In this document: positions 44,238 to 53,027 of the stretch, one piece after another | Layout: every line of letters starts with the position of its first letter | How positions within the stretch are numbered: position 1 is the first letter of the stretch | Assembly: GCA_964567615.1 (NCBI GenBank) | Contig: CAZMNI010000001.1 | Span: 1 to 54,140, forward strand | Direction: 5' to 3' | DNA length: 54,140 nucleotides | Source: an uncultured Chryseobacterium sp. | GTDB taxonomy: Bacteria; Bacteroidota; Bacteroidia; Flavobacteriales_D; Sanyastnellaceae | Notes under the pieces: generated by a model | The model's database searches: none | What the model saw: the letters and a program-made list of their open reading frames with translations, nothing else | What the model was told of the DNA's origin: nothing | Position numbers and translations under genes: made by a program

Positions 44238-44951
44238 TCAGGCCTCCTCAGCAGCTGGTGCATCGTCAGCTGCAGGTGCCTCTTCTGCAGCAGGTGCTTC
44301 CTCTACCGCCGCAACCTCTTCTGCAGCAGGTGCTTCTTCAACCGCCGCAACCTCCTCTGCAGCAGGTGCCGCTTCTGCAGCAACTTCTTCCTCTGCAACG
44401 GGGGCAACTTCTGCCACTGCGGTTTCTTCGACCTCCTCGGTTGCTTCCTCTGCTACCGATGCGGCAGACTCCGCTTCAGCTTGATGACGCAACGCATCCT
44501 CAGCTGCGCGCTGCTCGGCAATCCGCTTTGCATTGACTTCTTTTTCAGCTTTGAGCCGATCTGCAAATGCTTTTTCCGACTCGCCGGCAAGCCGTGACAC
44601 CTTCGCCGCCACCTTTGAATCTTTTTCGCGAAGCCACTGTTCGAACTTCGCAGCGGCCTGTTCTGCGGTGAATGCACCCTTCTTCACTCCATTCAGGAGG
44701 TGGTTGTGGTACACGACCCCTTTGTACTTCAGAATGGCCCGGGTGGTGTCCGACATTTCTGCACCCACCTGCAACCAGTACAGCGCACGGTCGTGCACGA
44801 GGTCGATTGTGGCCGGATTCGTATTCGGGTTGTAGATGCCTACTTTTTCGATAAAGCGGCCGTCGCGCGGAGCGCGGGAGTCGGCAGCAACAATGTGGTA
44901 AACGGGCTTGCCCTTTTTGCCGTGGCGCTGGAGACGAAGGCGAGTTGCCAT
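44238..44951 (-). CDS. rpsP: 30S ribosomal protein S16 with a long Ala/Glu-rich C-terminal extension
   Basis: The N-terminus is [42 protein letters not shown]. The tail from about aa 120 is low-complexity with [12 protein letters not shown] repeats. Confidence 0.9.
   Translation of the reverse strand: MATRLRLQRHGKKGKPVYHIVAADSRAPRDGRFIEKVGIYNPNTNPATIDLVHDRALYWLQVGAEMSDTTRAILKYKGVVYHNHLLNGVKKGAFTAEQAAAKFEQWLREKDSKVAAKVSRLAGESEKAFADRLKAEKEVNAKRIAEQRAAEDALRHQAEAESAASVAEEATEEVEETAVAEVAPVAEEEVAAEAAPAAEEVAAVEEAPAAEEVAAVEEAPAAEEAPAADDAPAAEEA
44279..44372. repeat. 36-nt tandem repeat, about 2.5 copies, inside the rpsP 3' region
   Basis: Unit CCTCTTCTGCAGCAGGTGCTTCCTCTACCGCCGCAA occupies 44279-44314. 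It repeats with 2 substitutions at 44315-44350, and a degenerate partial third copy follows. Confidence 0.85.
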
Positions 44952-44998
44952 AGAAGGAAGGTTATGAGGTCCGAAACCTCGGTTTTCGTTCGGAGGCG

Positions 44999-45006
44999 CG
45001 AAAGTA
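44999..45006 (-). promoter_or_regulatory. putative -7 box TACTTTCG, 47 nt upstream of the rpsP ATG
   Basis: The plus strand reads CGAAAGTA. It lies in the 66-nt folE/rpsP spacer. Confidence 0.4.
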
Positions 45007-45017
45007 CTGCGTGTGAT

Positions 45018-45692
45018 TTACATCCGCAAACCGGCAAGCCCAAAAAACTCCTTGCGCACCTCGTGATCCCGGAAGCACCCCAAATACTCGGCAGTCACTG
45101 TCGAACTGTGAACATCTCCGATGCCCCGCGAGGAGACGCAAAAATGACGGGCGTCAATGACCACCGCGACATCGTCCGTGCCAAGCGCTTCGCGCAGGGC
45201 CTCTGCAATTTGGCGCGTGAGCCGCTCCTGCACTTGGGGCCGTCGTGCAAAATGGTCCACAATGCGGTTCAGCTTGCTCAGTCCGATGACCCGTCCGGCG
45301 CTCTTGTAGGCAACGTGCGCGCGGCCCACGATGGGCAAGAAGTGGTGTTCGCAGGTAGAGTGCACAGCGATGTCGCGCTCCACAAGCATCTCGCGGTAGG
45401 CAAAGTCATTCGGGAAACTCCGCGCTTCAGGCATGCGATCGGGATGCAATCCGCTGAAAATTTCCTGCACATACATCTTCGCCACGCGGTGCGGCGTGCC
45501 TGCGAGGCTTTCATCCGAGCGGTCTAAACCGATGATGTCCATGATTTGGCCGAAAAGTGGAGCAATTGCTGCGATTTTCTCGGCATCCGTGCGGTCAAAT
45601 GCATCGGAGCGCAGCGGCGTTGCACATGCAGAGGCTCCGTGAACGTCTCCCAACGCTTCAGCATGAACCGGATCGAACGGTGAAGAAGTCAT
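45018..45692 (-). CDS. folE: GTP cyclohydrolase I
   Basis: ORF 45018..46487. The ATG at 45692 gives a 224-aa protein with GTPHRVAKMY, STCEHHFLP and RPQVQERLT. The 5' 265 codons of the ORF run antisense through the neighbouring operon and were rejected. Confidence 0.9.
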   Translation of the reverse strand: MTSSPFDPVHAEALGDVHGASACATPLRSDAFDRTDAEKIAAIAPLFGQIMDIIGLDRSDESLAGTPHRVAKMYVQEIFSGLHPDRMPEARSFPNDFAYREMLVERDIAVHSTCEHHFLPIVGRAHVAYKSAGRVIGLSKLNRIVDHFARRPQVQERLTRQIAEALREALGTDDVAVVIDARHFCVSSRGIGDVHSSTVTAEYLGCFRDHEVRKEFFGLAGLRM

Positions 45693-45743
45693 GCCGCAAG
45701 AACTTGAAATGCCCGTGCTTTGTTCACTGCCCAAACGTGCACC

Positions 45744-46361
45744 ATGCGGATTACAAATGTGATGGGGATTTCCCTCGACGGTGCGATTGCCGCCTTTGCT
45801 GGGGAATCGGATGAACAGCGTATGGCGTACGGTTTCCATGGAAAACCGGACCACGACCACGTGCGGGCGGTGCTGCGGGAAGCAGACGCTGTGCTGGTGG
45901 GAGGGGCCTCTGTTGCGGCCAGCGGTGGTCCGATGGAAGTCCTCAATGACCGCGGGGTACAGCCTACGTGGATGTATGTAACGCGCACTGGTTTTGCGGA
46001 GGATTCTCCGGTTTGGCATGCGCCTCGCACGCCCAAATGGGTGCTGTCCCCCTCGCCCCTCGCCTCGGAAATGACCTCTGGTGCGGTCCGCTGCGTCCCC
46101 GGAACGCTGGCCGATTGGCTCCATGCAGCGCGCGGATTTGAACGCGTCGTACTCTTCGGCGGCGGCGCCATCAACCGCATGTGCTTTGCTGCGGACGTCG
46201 TCGACGCACTGATTTACACCGTCTGTCCCGTTCTGTTGGGGACTACCGAGGCCGTTCCAGTCGTCGCACCAGGACTGCCGCACCCGGTGCACGTTCGTTT
46301 GGACAGCATCCGATCCGAGGGCAACTTTGCCTTCCTCCACTACACCGTCGTGCGGCCATGA
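45744..46361 (+). CDS. RibD C-terminal domain / DHFR-fold family reductase
   Basis: ORF 45720..46361 begins with TTG. The ATG at 45744 gives MRITNVMGISLDGAIA. Later blocks are ADAVLVGGASV and VVLFGGGAIN, typical of the RibD_C fold. Confidence 0.65.
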   Translation: MRITNVMGISLDGAIAAFAGESDEQRMAYGFHGKPDHDHVRAVLREADAVLVGGASVAASGGPMEVLNDRGVQPTWMYVTRTGFAEDSPVWHAPRTPKWVLSPSPLASEMTSGAVRCVPGTLADWLHAARGFERVVLFGGGAINRMCFAADVVDALIYTVCPVLLGTTEAVPVVAPGLPHPVHVRLDSIRSEGNFAFLHYTVVRP

Positions 46362-46921
46362 GAACGGATTACCTCGAGATCGAACACAAGTACTTGGTCC
46401 AGGAGGATTTCGATTTGGACCGGTTCGCGGAGGTACTCCGTGAGCTCGGAGCCACTGGACCGAAGAAAATCCAAGTGCGCGACACATACTTCCACCGCAG
46501 GGGCGTTGATCAGGCCATTTTTCGCCACCGCATCGATGCAGAACTCCACCAACTCACCGTGAAGAGCAGGCCTGAGGACGCCGAAATCCGCAGGGAGGTC
46601 AACCTCGACCTGGCAGGACCGGATGCAGTAGAGGCCGTCGCTGCATTCTTAGCTGCGGGCTGGGGCACCTGCGAAGTCGTGCCTCTGGTCAAGGAGTTGG
46701 CCGTTTGGGAATTGCCTGGATGCGAAGTGGTCCACTACACTGCGCGCCGTTCTGATGGATTTGCGGTCCGTTGCGTGGAATTCGAGTCCACCGCGCCCTG
46801 TTCACCGGCAGAAGCGGTCGATGTCCTGGAGCGGGTCGGCCGCGCCTGCGGATTCGAACCGGCAGGCCGCACTCCCCATAGTCTCTTCTACTTGATGACA
46901 GCAGCCGATGGAACGCTTTGA
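46358..46921 (+). CDS. CYTH-domain (triphosphate tunnel metalloenzyme) protein
   Basis: ORF 46181..46921. The ATG at 46358 forms an ATGA overlap with the upstream stop. The N-terminus is MRTDYLEIEHKYLV, which carries the ExExK signature. The protein is about 187 aa. Confidence 0.7.
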   Translation: MRTDYLEIEHKYLVQEDFDLDRFAEVLRELGATGPKKIQVRDTYFHRRGVDQAIFRHRIDAELHQLTVKSRPEDAEIRREVNLDLAGPDAVEAVAAFLAAGWGTCEVVPLVKELAVWELPGCEVVHYTARRSDGFAVRCVEFESTAPCSPAEAVDVLERVGRACGFEPAGRTPHSLFYLMTAADGTL

Positions 46922-47651
46922 CACCGTACATGTAGAGGGCATCGCAGTGGAGTGCATTGTCGGCATCCACGGGTTTGAACGCACCGCACCGCAGCCGCTC
47001 ATCTGCGACATCACCGTCGGATTTGCACGCCGCCCAGGACGCTTCGGCGCTTCGCTCGGCGAGAGCATCGACTACGCGCGGTTGGAAGGTGCTGTGCGGT
47101 TCGTACTCGAACACGGGCACTTTTTCCTCCTCGAAGATGCGGCAGAAGCCCTGTGCGCCACGGTGTTGGCCCCCCAAGCGTTCCAGCCAGCGCGTTGCTC
47201 GGTGACCTTGAGGAAACCCCGCGCCCTCGGCGGTCGATGCATCCCGGGGGTTACCTTGGAGCGCGACGCCTCCGAGTGCACACCTGAGAAGGAGCACAAC
47301 CACTTCGGCACCGTGGATATACTCCACGAAGGCCCAGCATGTGGCGTGTATGTGCTGCGAATTCCGGCAGGAGGAAGCATTCCGCCGCATGTGCACCGGA
47401 CGATGGCAGAGGCGGAGCTCGTTCTAGGAGAGGGTTTGCTGTTGAACAATGTGGAGGTGGCTGCGGGGTGGGCCCACGTCTGGCCAGCGGAAGTCCTGCA
47501 CACCTACACAAATGGACACACGGAGGAATCCACCATTCTGTGCATCAACCGTCCGCGATTCGACCCGCTGGATGAAATTCTGGTTGAGGTGAACGAAGAT
47601 GCCCTCCCCGACCCGGTACCGTTCGGCAAGCGGTACTTTGGCCTACCATGA
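46908..47651 (+). CDS. dihydroneopterin aldolase/epimerase-like (FolB family) domain fused to a C-terminal cupin domain
   Basis: The N-terminal half reads VHVEGIAVECIVGIHGFER...IDYARL...VTLRKP (FolB-like). The C-terminal half reads GGSIPPHVHRTMAEAE...WPAEVLHTYTN (cupin motifs). It overlaps the CYTH gene by 14 nt. Confidence 0.65.
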   Translation: MERFDTVHVEGIAVECIVGIHGFERTAPQPLICDITVGFARRPGRFGASLGESIDYARLEGAVRFVLEHGHFFLLEDAAEALCATVLAPQAFQPARCSVTLRKPRALGGRCIPGVTLERDASECTPEKEHNHFGTVDILHEGPACGVYVLRIPAGGSIPPHVHRTMAEAELVLGEGLLLNNVEVAAGWAHVWPAEVLHTYTNGHTEESTILCINRPRFDPLDEILVEVNEDALPDPVPFGKRYFGLP

Positions 47652-48313
47652 AAAACGTCCTGGTCACCGGAGCTACGGCGGGCATCGGCCGCGCCATTGC
47701 AGAAGCCTTTCTCGCCGCAAACGCTCGTGTTATCGGGGTAGCGCGCAGGCCTGCCGTTGTCCCGGAAGGGATGGAATTGCTCCGCGAAGACCTGTGTGCA
47801 CCCGGTGCGGCGGACAGGATTGCGGCCGCGGCACCGGAACGCCTCGATGCCGTGGTGTTGAACGCAGGAACGTACGCGCCCGGTCCCCTGCTCGGTTCTG
47901 CACCGGACCAACTCGACCGGCTTTGGGACCTCAACGTGGCATCCGGTCACCGGTTGATGCAAGCAGTGGTGCAGCGAATCCCAGCCGGGGGGCATGTGTT
48001 CGTGATTGCCTCCGTGGCGAGCCGGAAGATGTTCCCCGACAAGATGGCCTATTCGGTCACCAAATCTGCCCAACTGGCCTATGCAGAAGGACTTCGTTCA
48101 GAATTGCGCCCACGCGGTATCCGGGTAACCAGTGTGCTTCCGGGACCGACGTGGTCCGCGTCATGGGAAGGTGTGGAGCTTCCGCCCGAACGCCTGCTTC
48201 GGGCGGAGGATGTCGCTGCGGTGGTGCTTTCAGCATGGAAATTGCCTCCGAACGCCGTGGTAGAAGAGGTCGTCATTCGCCCACTCGAAGGCGATTTGGA
48301 CGGGGCGATGTAA
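47648..48313 (+). CDS. short-chain dehydrogenase/reductase (classical SDR)
   Basis: It forms an ATGA overlap with the upstream gene. SDR motifs are present: VTGATAGIGRA (TGxxxGxG), NAG and YSVTK (YxxxK). Confidence 0.8.
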   Translation: MKNVLVTGATAGIGRAIAEAFLAANARVIGVARRPAVVPEGMELLREDLCAPGAADRIAAAAPERLDAVVLNAGTYAPGPLLGSAPDQLDRLWDLNVASGHRLMQAVVQRIPAGGHVFVIASVASRKMFPDKMAYSVTKSAQLAYAEGLRSELRPRGIRVTSVLPGPTWSASWEGVELPPERLLRAEDVAAVVLSAWKLPPNAVVEEVVIRPLEGDLDGAM

Positions 48314-48320
48314 TGGCGTG

Positions 48321-48328
48321 TACCTTCG
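48321..48328 (+). promoter_or_regulatory. putative -7 promoter box TACCTTCG, 12 nt upstream of the dnaE ATG
   Basis: Exact recurrent 8-mer, in the 27-nt spacer after the SDR stop. Confidence 0.45.
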
Positions 48329-48340
48329 CATTCCTCCGCC

Positions 48341-51300
48341 ATGATCCTGATTTTTGACACCGAGACCACCGGGCTTCCGCGGTCGTGGAATGCGCCGTTG
48401 ACGGACGCAGAAAACTGGCCGCGCGTTGTGCAACTCGCGTGGCAGCTGCACAGGCCCGACGGCGCATTTATCTCCCGTGGAAACCGCATCGTGCGGCCGG
48501 ACGGGTTCACCATTCCGTTCAATGCCGTGAAAGTCCACGGCATCACGGATGAACGCGCAGCGCAGGAAGGGCATCCGCTTGAAGAAGTCGTGAAGGAGTT
48601 TGCCGAGGCGCTCGGCCAAACGACCTACCTCATGGGACACAACGTCGGATTCGATGTGTCCGTCGTCGGGGCGGAACTCTGCCGACTGGGGGCCGACCCG
48701 GGCATGCTGACCTCACTGCCCGTCCTCGACTCAAAAGATGCAGGAACGGACTTCTGCAAACTTCCGGGCGGTCGCGGTGGAGCCTACAAATGGCCCACGT
48801 TGGAGGAACTGCACCAGGCGCTGTTCGGCGAGTCGGTCGCAGCGGCCCACGATGCAGCATACGATGTGCGGGCTACAGGGCGCGTTTTCTTTGCCATGTG
48901 CGAACGGAGTTTGTTCGCGGGGGAGGGGCTTGTGACCGGCCTTCCCATCCGGTATGAAGCTCCGGAGCTGGAGGCCTCCACGTTTGAAGCGGCCGCCACC
49001 GTCGCCGCTGATCCACCTGCTGCTGTGGTCGTCGTTCCTGCGGTAGATCCCGAGATTCCTTTCGCGCATTTGCACGTCCATTCTCAATTCAGCGTGCTGC
49101 AAGCCGTGAGTTCGGTCAACGAACTCGTGGAATCGGCAGCGGCCATGGGCATGCCCGCACTTGCACTGACCGACCACGGCAACATGATGGGTGCCTTCCA
49201 ATTTGTGCGTGCAGCGCGGAAGGCGGGGATTTTGCCCATCGTGGGCATCGAGCTCAACGTGTGCCGCGACATGGCGGACAAATCCGTGAAGGACGATGGG
49301 TATCCCGTCGTGCTTTTGGCCCAAAACAAAGCAGGATACCACCGACTCGCGAAGCTGAGCTCAGCCGCCTACACCGAAGGGTTTTACTATGTCCCCCGCA
49401 TCGATCGCGCCCGGCTAGCGGCCTATGCGGACGATGTGCTCTGCCTCACTGGGGGACTTTTCAGCGAGGTCCCTTCGTTGATTCTCAACGTCGGTGAACG
49501 GCAGGCCGAGGAGGCTTTTCTGTGGTACAAGTCCGTGTTCGGAGATCGATTCTATGCCGAATTGAACCGGCATGGGCTCGAGGAGGAAGAAGTGGTCAAC
49601 CGCACCTTGCTCGCTTGGTGCAAGAAGCACGGGGTAACGTGTGTTGCGGCAAATTCCACCTACTACACCCGTCAAGATCAAGCGGAGGCACACGATATTC
49701 TGTTGTGCGTCAAGGATGCCGCCAACGCCAGCAAACCGAAGCGCTACATCGGCAAGCGCGGCCGGGAATTTCGGTTTGGCATGCCGAACGACCGCTTCTA
49801 CCTCTGCACGCCAGACGAAATGCGCGCGCAATTTGCGGATGTTCCTGAAGCTCTAGTCGGGGTTGCTGAGGTGGTGGCGCGGTGCGAACCGTACGTCCTC
49901 GAGCGGGACGTCCTGCTGCCCGCATTCGATATCCCTTCCGAATTCGTCGACTCCCGCGACGCTGAGGACGGCGGCAAGCGTGGCGAAAACGCCTACCTGC
50001 GCCACCTGACCTACCTCGGCGCCGAGCGCCGCTACGGAACGCCCGTTCCCGACGCCGTCTGCGAACGGTTGGACTTCGAACTCGAAACCATAGCAAATAC
50101 GGGCTATCCAGGCTATTTCCTGATTGTCCAAGACTTCACCACCGCCGCACGTGAGATGGGTGTCAGCGTCGGTCCTGGCCGCGGCTCTGCCGCGGGATCG
50201 GCTGTGGCCTTTTGCGTCGGCATTACGAACGTCGATCCGATCAAGTACGATCTGCTGTTCGAACGGTTCCTGAACCCGGACCGGGTGAGCCTGCCGGACA
50301 TCGACATCGACTTCGACGACGAAGGCCGCGGAAGGGTCATCGACTACGTGATCCGCAAATATGGATCGAACCAGGTGGCCCAAATCATCACCTATGGCAC
50401 CATGGCGGCAAAAAGCTCAGTACGCGACACCGCGCGCGTCCTTGAACTGCCGCTGTCCGACGCAGACCGCCTCGCAAAAATGTTGCCTGACGTGAGTTTG
50501 GCGAAGCTCTTCCGCCTCAACGACCAGCAACTCAAGGAAGAACTTCGCTCTGCGGAAGAACTCGAAAGTGTGCGCGCCTTGCGCAAACTCGCGGATTCTC
50601 CGGGCCTTGAAGGCCGCACGCTGACCACCGCACGGGTCCTTGAAGGCAGCCTCCGCAACACCGGCATCCACGCATGCGGCATCATCATCACGCCATCCGA
50701 CCTCACGGATTATGTCCCGATTGCCACGGCAAAGGACAGCGAGATGGCCTGCACGCAGTTCGACAATGCCGTGGCGGAAGATGCGGGGTTGCTCAAGATG
50801 GACTTCCTCGGGCTCAAAACCTTGACCATCATCAAGGATGCGGTGCGCAACGTGCAGGCGACGCAAGGCATCGCACTCGACCCCGATGCCTTTCCCCTCG
50901 ACGATGCGCGCACATACGGGCTGTTCCAACGCGGCGAAACAGTCGGTATTTTCCAGTATGAATCCGCGGGCATGCAGAAGTACCTGCGCGAGCTCAAGCC
51001 CACTGTGTTCGCGGATTTGATCGCGATGAACGCCCTGTACCGGCCGGGTCCCCTCGAGTACATTCCGAGCTTCATCCGACGCAAGCATGGCGCAGAGCCC
51101 ATCGTCTATGACCTGCCGGCCTGCGAGAATCTCCTCGCCGAAACCTACGGCATCACGGTGTACCAAGAACAGGTGATGTTGCTGTCGCAGCAACTCGCGG
51201 GCTTCACAAAGGGCGAAGCGGACACCTTGCGGAAAGCCATGGGGAAGAAAAAGGCCGACCTCATCGCGAAAATGAAACCGCAGTTCGTGGCGCAAGGGGA

Positions 51301-52642
51301 GGCACGCGGCCACGAGCGAACGAAGTTGGAGAAGATTTGGAAGGACTGGGAGGCCTTCGCGGCCTATGCATTCAACAAATCGCACTCAACGTGCTATGCG
51401 CTTGTAGCGTACCAAACTGCCTACCTCAAAGCAAATTATCCGGCGGAGTACATGGCTGCGGTCCTGTCGAACAACATGTCCGACATCAAGCAAGTCGCCT
51501 TCTTCATGGAGGAGGCTCGTCGCATGGGAATTCCGGTGCTCGGGCCCGATGTGAACGAATCGGGACTCAAGTTCGGTGTCAACAAGCAGGGGGCCATTCG
51601 GTTCGGTTTGGGTGCGGTGCGTGGCGTAGGGGAGGGGGCCGTCCTGGCCGTGGTCGCCGGCCGGGAAGACGGTGAAGGACCCTACCGCAACGTGTTCGAT
51701 TTGGCCCGTCGCGCCGGCGGGCGAGACGTGGGCAAGCGGGTTCTCGAAGCACTCGCGCTCGCCGGAGCATTCGACGGATTCGGAGACGGCAACCGGGCGC
51801 GCTACTTCGCCTGCGACGACAAGGGACGGACGGGAATCGAGCTTGCCGCGAGGTACGGCGCTGGGGCAGCTGAGGCCGCTGCATCCGCACAGGCCTCCCT
51901 ATTCGGTGACGGCGAAGTGGAGCGGGCTCCGGAGCCGGTACTGCCGGATTGCGAACCGTGGGACCCGATGGTCGGACTCATGAAGGAAAAAGAGGTCATC
52001 GGCATGTTCATTTCAGGGCATCCGCTGGATCAGTTTGCGTTCGAAATCAAACACATGTGCTCTCCTGCTGAAGGGCTTTCGGCCCTTGCGGAGCCGCTGG
52101 CCCTCCGCGGAAGGGAACTCCGCTTCGCAGGGCGCATTGCAGAAGTCGCGCACCGGATTAGCAAGCAAGGAAAGCCGTTCGGGACCTTTTCCCTCGAGGA
52201 CCTGCACGCCACGGAGCGTTTTTCCCTGTTTGGAGAAGACTACCTGAAATTCAAGGACTTCCTTGTGGAAGGTTGGTTTGTTTGGGTCCGCGGCATGGTG
52301 GATCCCCGCAGGTACCGCGACGATCCGAACGACGTGGAATTCCGCATCAAAGGCATGGAGTTGCTCGCCGACGTGCGTGAAAAGATGCTCTCCCGCGTGC
52401 GCCTTGTTGTGCCGGTGGACCGGATTGACCCGGTTTTTGTAGACCAAATCGAAAACTGGACCGCATCGCACCCGGGACCGGTCGGACTGAGCGTAGACGT
52501 CGCTTCGGACGGGGGCACCCTGCAATTTGTGAGCAGGACCCGCCGCGTCGGGATTTCAGACGACGCCCTCGCCGCGTTGCAGGCATGGACTGAACCTGCA
52601 GGGGTCGAATGCCGATTCGAGTGGAATCGCACCTCCGGATGA
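48341..52642 (+). CDS. dnaE: DNA polymerase III alpha subunit with an N-terminal DEDDh (epsilon-like) 3'-5' exonuclease domain
   Basis: 1433 aa. The exonuclease motifs are FDTETTG, GHNVGFDVSV and HDAAYDVRAT (aa 1-190). A PHP domain follows (FAHLHVHSQFS, from about aa 241), then the polymerase core (GPGRGSAAGS, DIDIDF, FNKSHS). Confidence 0.9.
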   Translation: MILIFDTETTGLPRSWNAPLTDAENWPRVVQLAWQLHRPDGAFISRGNRIVRPDGFTIPFNAVKVHGITDERAAQEGHPLEEVVKEFAEALGQTTYLMGHNVGFDVSVVGAELCRLGADPGMLTSLPVLDSKDAGTDFCKLPGGRGGAYKWPTLEELHQALFGESVAAAHDAAYDVRATGRVFFAMCERSLFAGEGLVTGLPIRYEAPELEASTFEAAATVAADPPAAVVVVPAVDPEIPFAHLHVHSQFSVLQAVSSVNELVESAAAMGMPALALTDHGNMMGAFQFVRAARKAGILPIVGIELNVCRDMADKSVKDDGYPVVLLAQNKAGYHRLAKLSSAAYTEGFYYVPRIDRARLAAYADDVLCLTGGLFSEVPSLILNVGERQAEEAFLWYKSVFGDRFYAELNRHGLEEEEVVNRTLLAWCKKHGVTCVAANSTYYTRQDQAEAHDILLCVKDAANASKPKRYIGKRGREFRFGMPNDRFYLCTPDEMRAQFADVPEALVGVAEVVARCEPYVLERDVLLPAFDIPSEFVDSRDAEDGGKRGENAYLRHLTYLGAERRYGTPVPDAVCERLDFELETIANTGYPGYFLIVQDFTTAAREMGVSVGPGRGSAAGSAVAFCVGITNVDPIKYDLLFERFLNPDRVSLPDIDIDFDDEGRGRVIDYVIRKYGSNQVAQIITYGTMAAKSSVRDTARVLELPLSDADRLAKMLPDVSLAKLFRLNDQQLKEELRSAEELESVRALRKLADSPGLEGRTLTTARVLEGSLRNTGIHACGIIITPSDLTDYVPIATAKDSEMACTQFDNAVAEDAGLLKMDFLGLKTLTIIKDAVRNVQATQGIALDPDAFPLDDARTYGLFQRGETVGIFQYESAGMQKYLRELKPTVFADLIAMNALYRPGPLEYIPSFIRRKHGAEPIVYDLPACENLLAETYGITVYQEQVMLLSQQLAGFTKGEADTLRKAMGKKKADLIAKMKPQFVAQGEARGHERTKLEKIWKDWEAFAAYAFNKSHSTCYALVAYQTAYLKANYPAEYMAAVLSNNMSDIKQVAFFMEEARRMGIPVLGPDVNESGLKFGVNKQGAIRFGLGAVRGVGEGAVLAVVAGREDGEGPYRNVFDLARRAGGRDVGKRVLEALALAGAFDGFGDGNRARYFACDDKGRTGIELAARYGAGAAEAAASAQASLFGDGEVERAPEPVLPDCEPWDPMVGLMKEKEVIGMFISGHPLDQFAFEIKHMCSPAEGLSALAEPLALRGRELRFAGRIAEVAHRISKQGKPFGTFSLEDLHATERFSLFGEDYLKFKDFLVEGWFVWVRGMVDPRRYRDDPNDVEFRIKGMELLADVREKMLSRVRLVVPVDRIDPVFVDQIENWTASHPGPVGLSVDVASDGGTLQFVSRTRRVGISDDALAALQAWTEPAGVECRFEWNRTSG

Positions 52643-52660
52643 GAATCGATGCAGGAGATG

Positions 52661-52668
52661 TAAATTTG
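52661..52668 (+). promoter_or_regulatory. putative -7 box TAAATTTG, 40 nt upstream of trxA
   Basis: It is a perfect TAnnTTTG match. No convincing -33 TTG element was seen. Confidence 0.4.
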
Positions 52669-52708
52669 TTCACTGAAACCGCGCCCACCGGCGCACAATC
52701 CACGAAAG

Positions 52709-53026
52709 ATGGCAGTTGAATTGACGGATATGAATTTCGCGGACCTGGCTTTGGCGAGCGATAAACCGGTGCTGGTAGACTTTTGGGCAGAATGGTGCGG
52801 ACCGTGCCGGATGGTGGGGCCTGTGGTAGAAGAGATTGCCCAGGAATACGGCGATAAGGCAGTGGTCGGCAAAGTCAATGTGGACCACAATTCAGGCACC
52901 AGTGCACAATTTGGCATTCGGAACATCCCGACCATTCTGTTCCTGAAAAACGGTCAGGTCGTGGACAAGGTGGTCGGGGCCGTGCCGAAACAGGTCCTCG
53001 TCGAGAAACTCGACGCGTTGATGTGA
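52709..53026 (+). CDS. trxA: thioredoxin
   Basis: 105 aa, with the WAEWCGPC active site. Confidence 0.95.
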   Translation: MAVELTDMNFADLALASDKPVLVDFWAEWCGPCRMVGPVVEEIAQEYGDKAVVGKVNVDHNSGTSAQFGIRNIPTILFLKNGQVVDKVVGAVPKQVLVEKLDALM

Positions 53027-53027
53027 G

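Noticed and set aside
43894-44484. 196-aa plus-strand ORF with striking [14 protein letters not shown] repeats.
   Set aside because: It is the mirror image of the Ala/Glu repeat in the rpsP tail on the other strand. Its 5' part is antisense to rimM. It is not an independent gene.
44966-44980. Small hairpin GAGGT-CCGAA-ACCTC in the rpsP leader, considered as a folE terminator or an S16 autoregulatory element.
   Set aside because: It has only a 5-bp stem with no U-tract, which is too weak to call without transcript data.
45693-45743. Possible THF or other riboswitch upstream of folE, or an FMN element upstream of ribH.
   Set aside because: The folE spacer is only about 51 nt, and ribH starts 2 nt after the preceding gene. 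Both are too short for a riboswitch aptamer.
50417-51385. 322-aa minus-strand ORF inside dnaE, along with several shorter ones between 48731 and 52935.
   Set aside because: They run antisense to the DnaE coding frame, which is continuous and motif-rich. These are GC-driven spurious frames.
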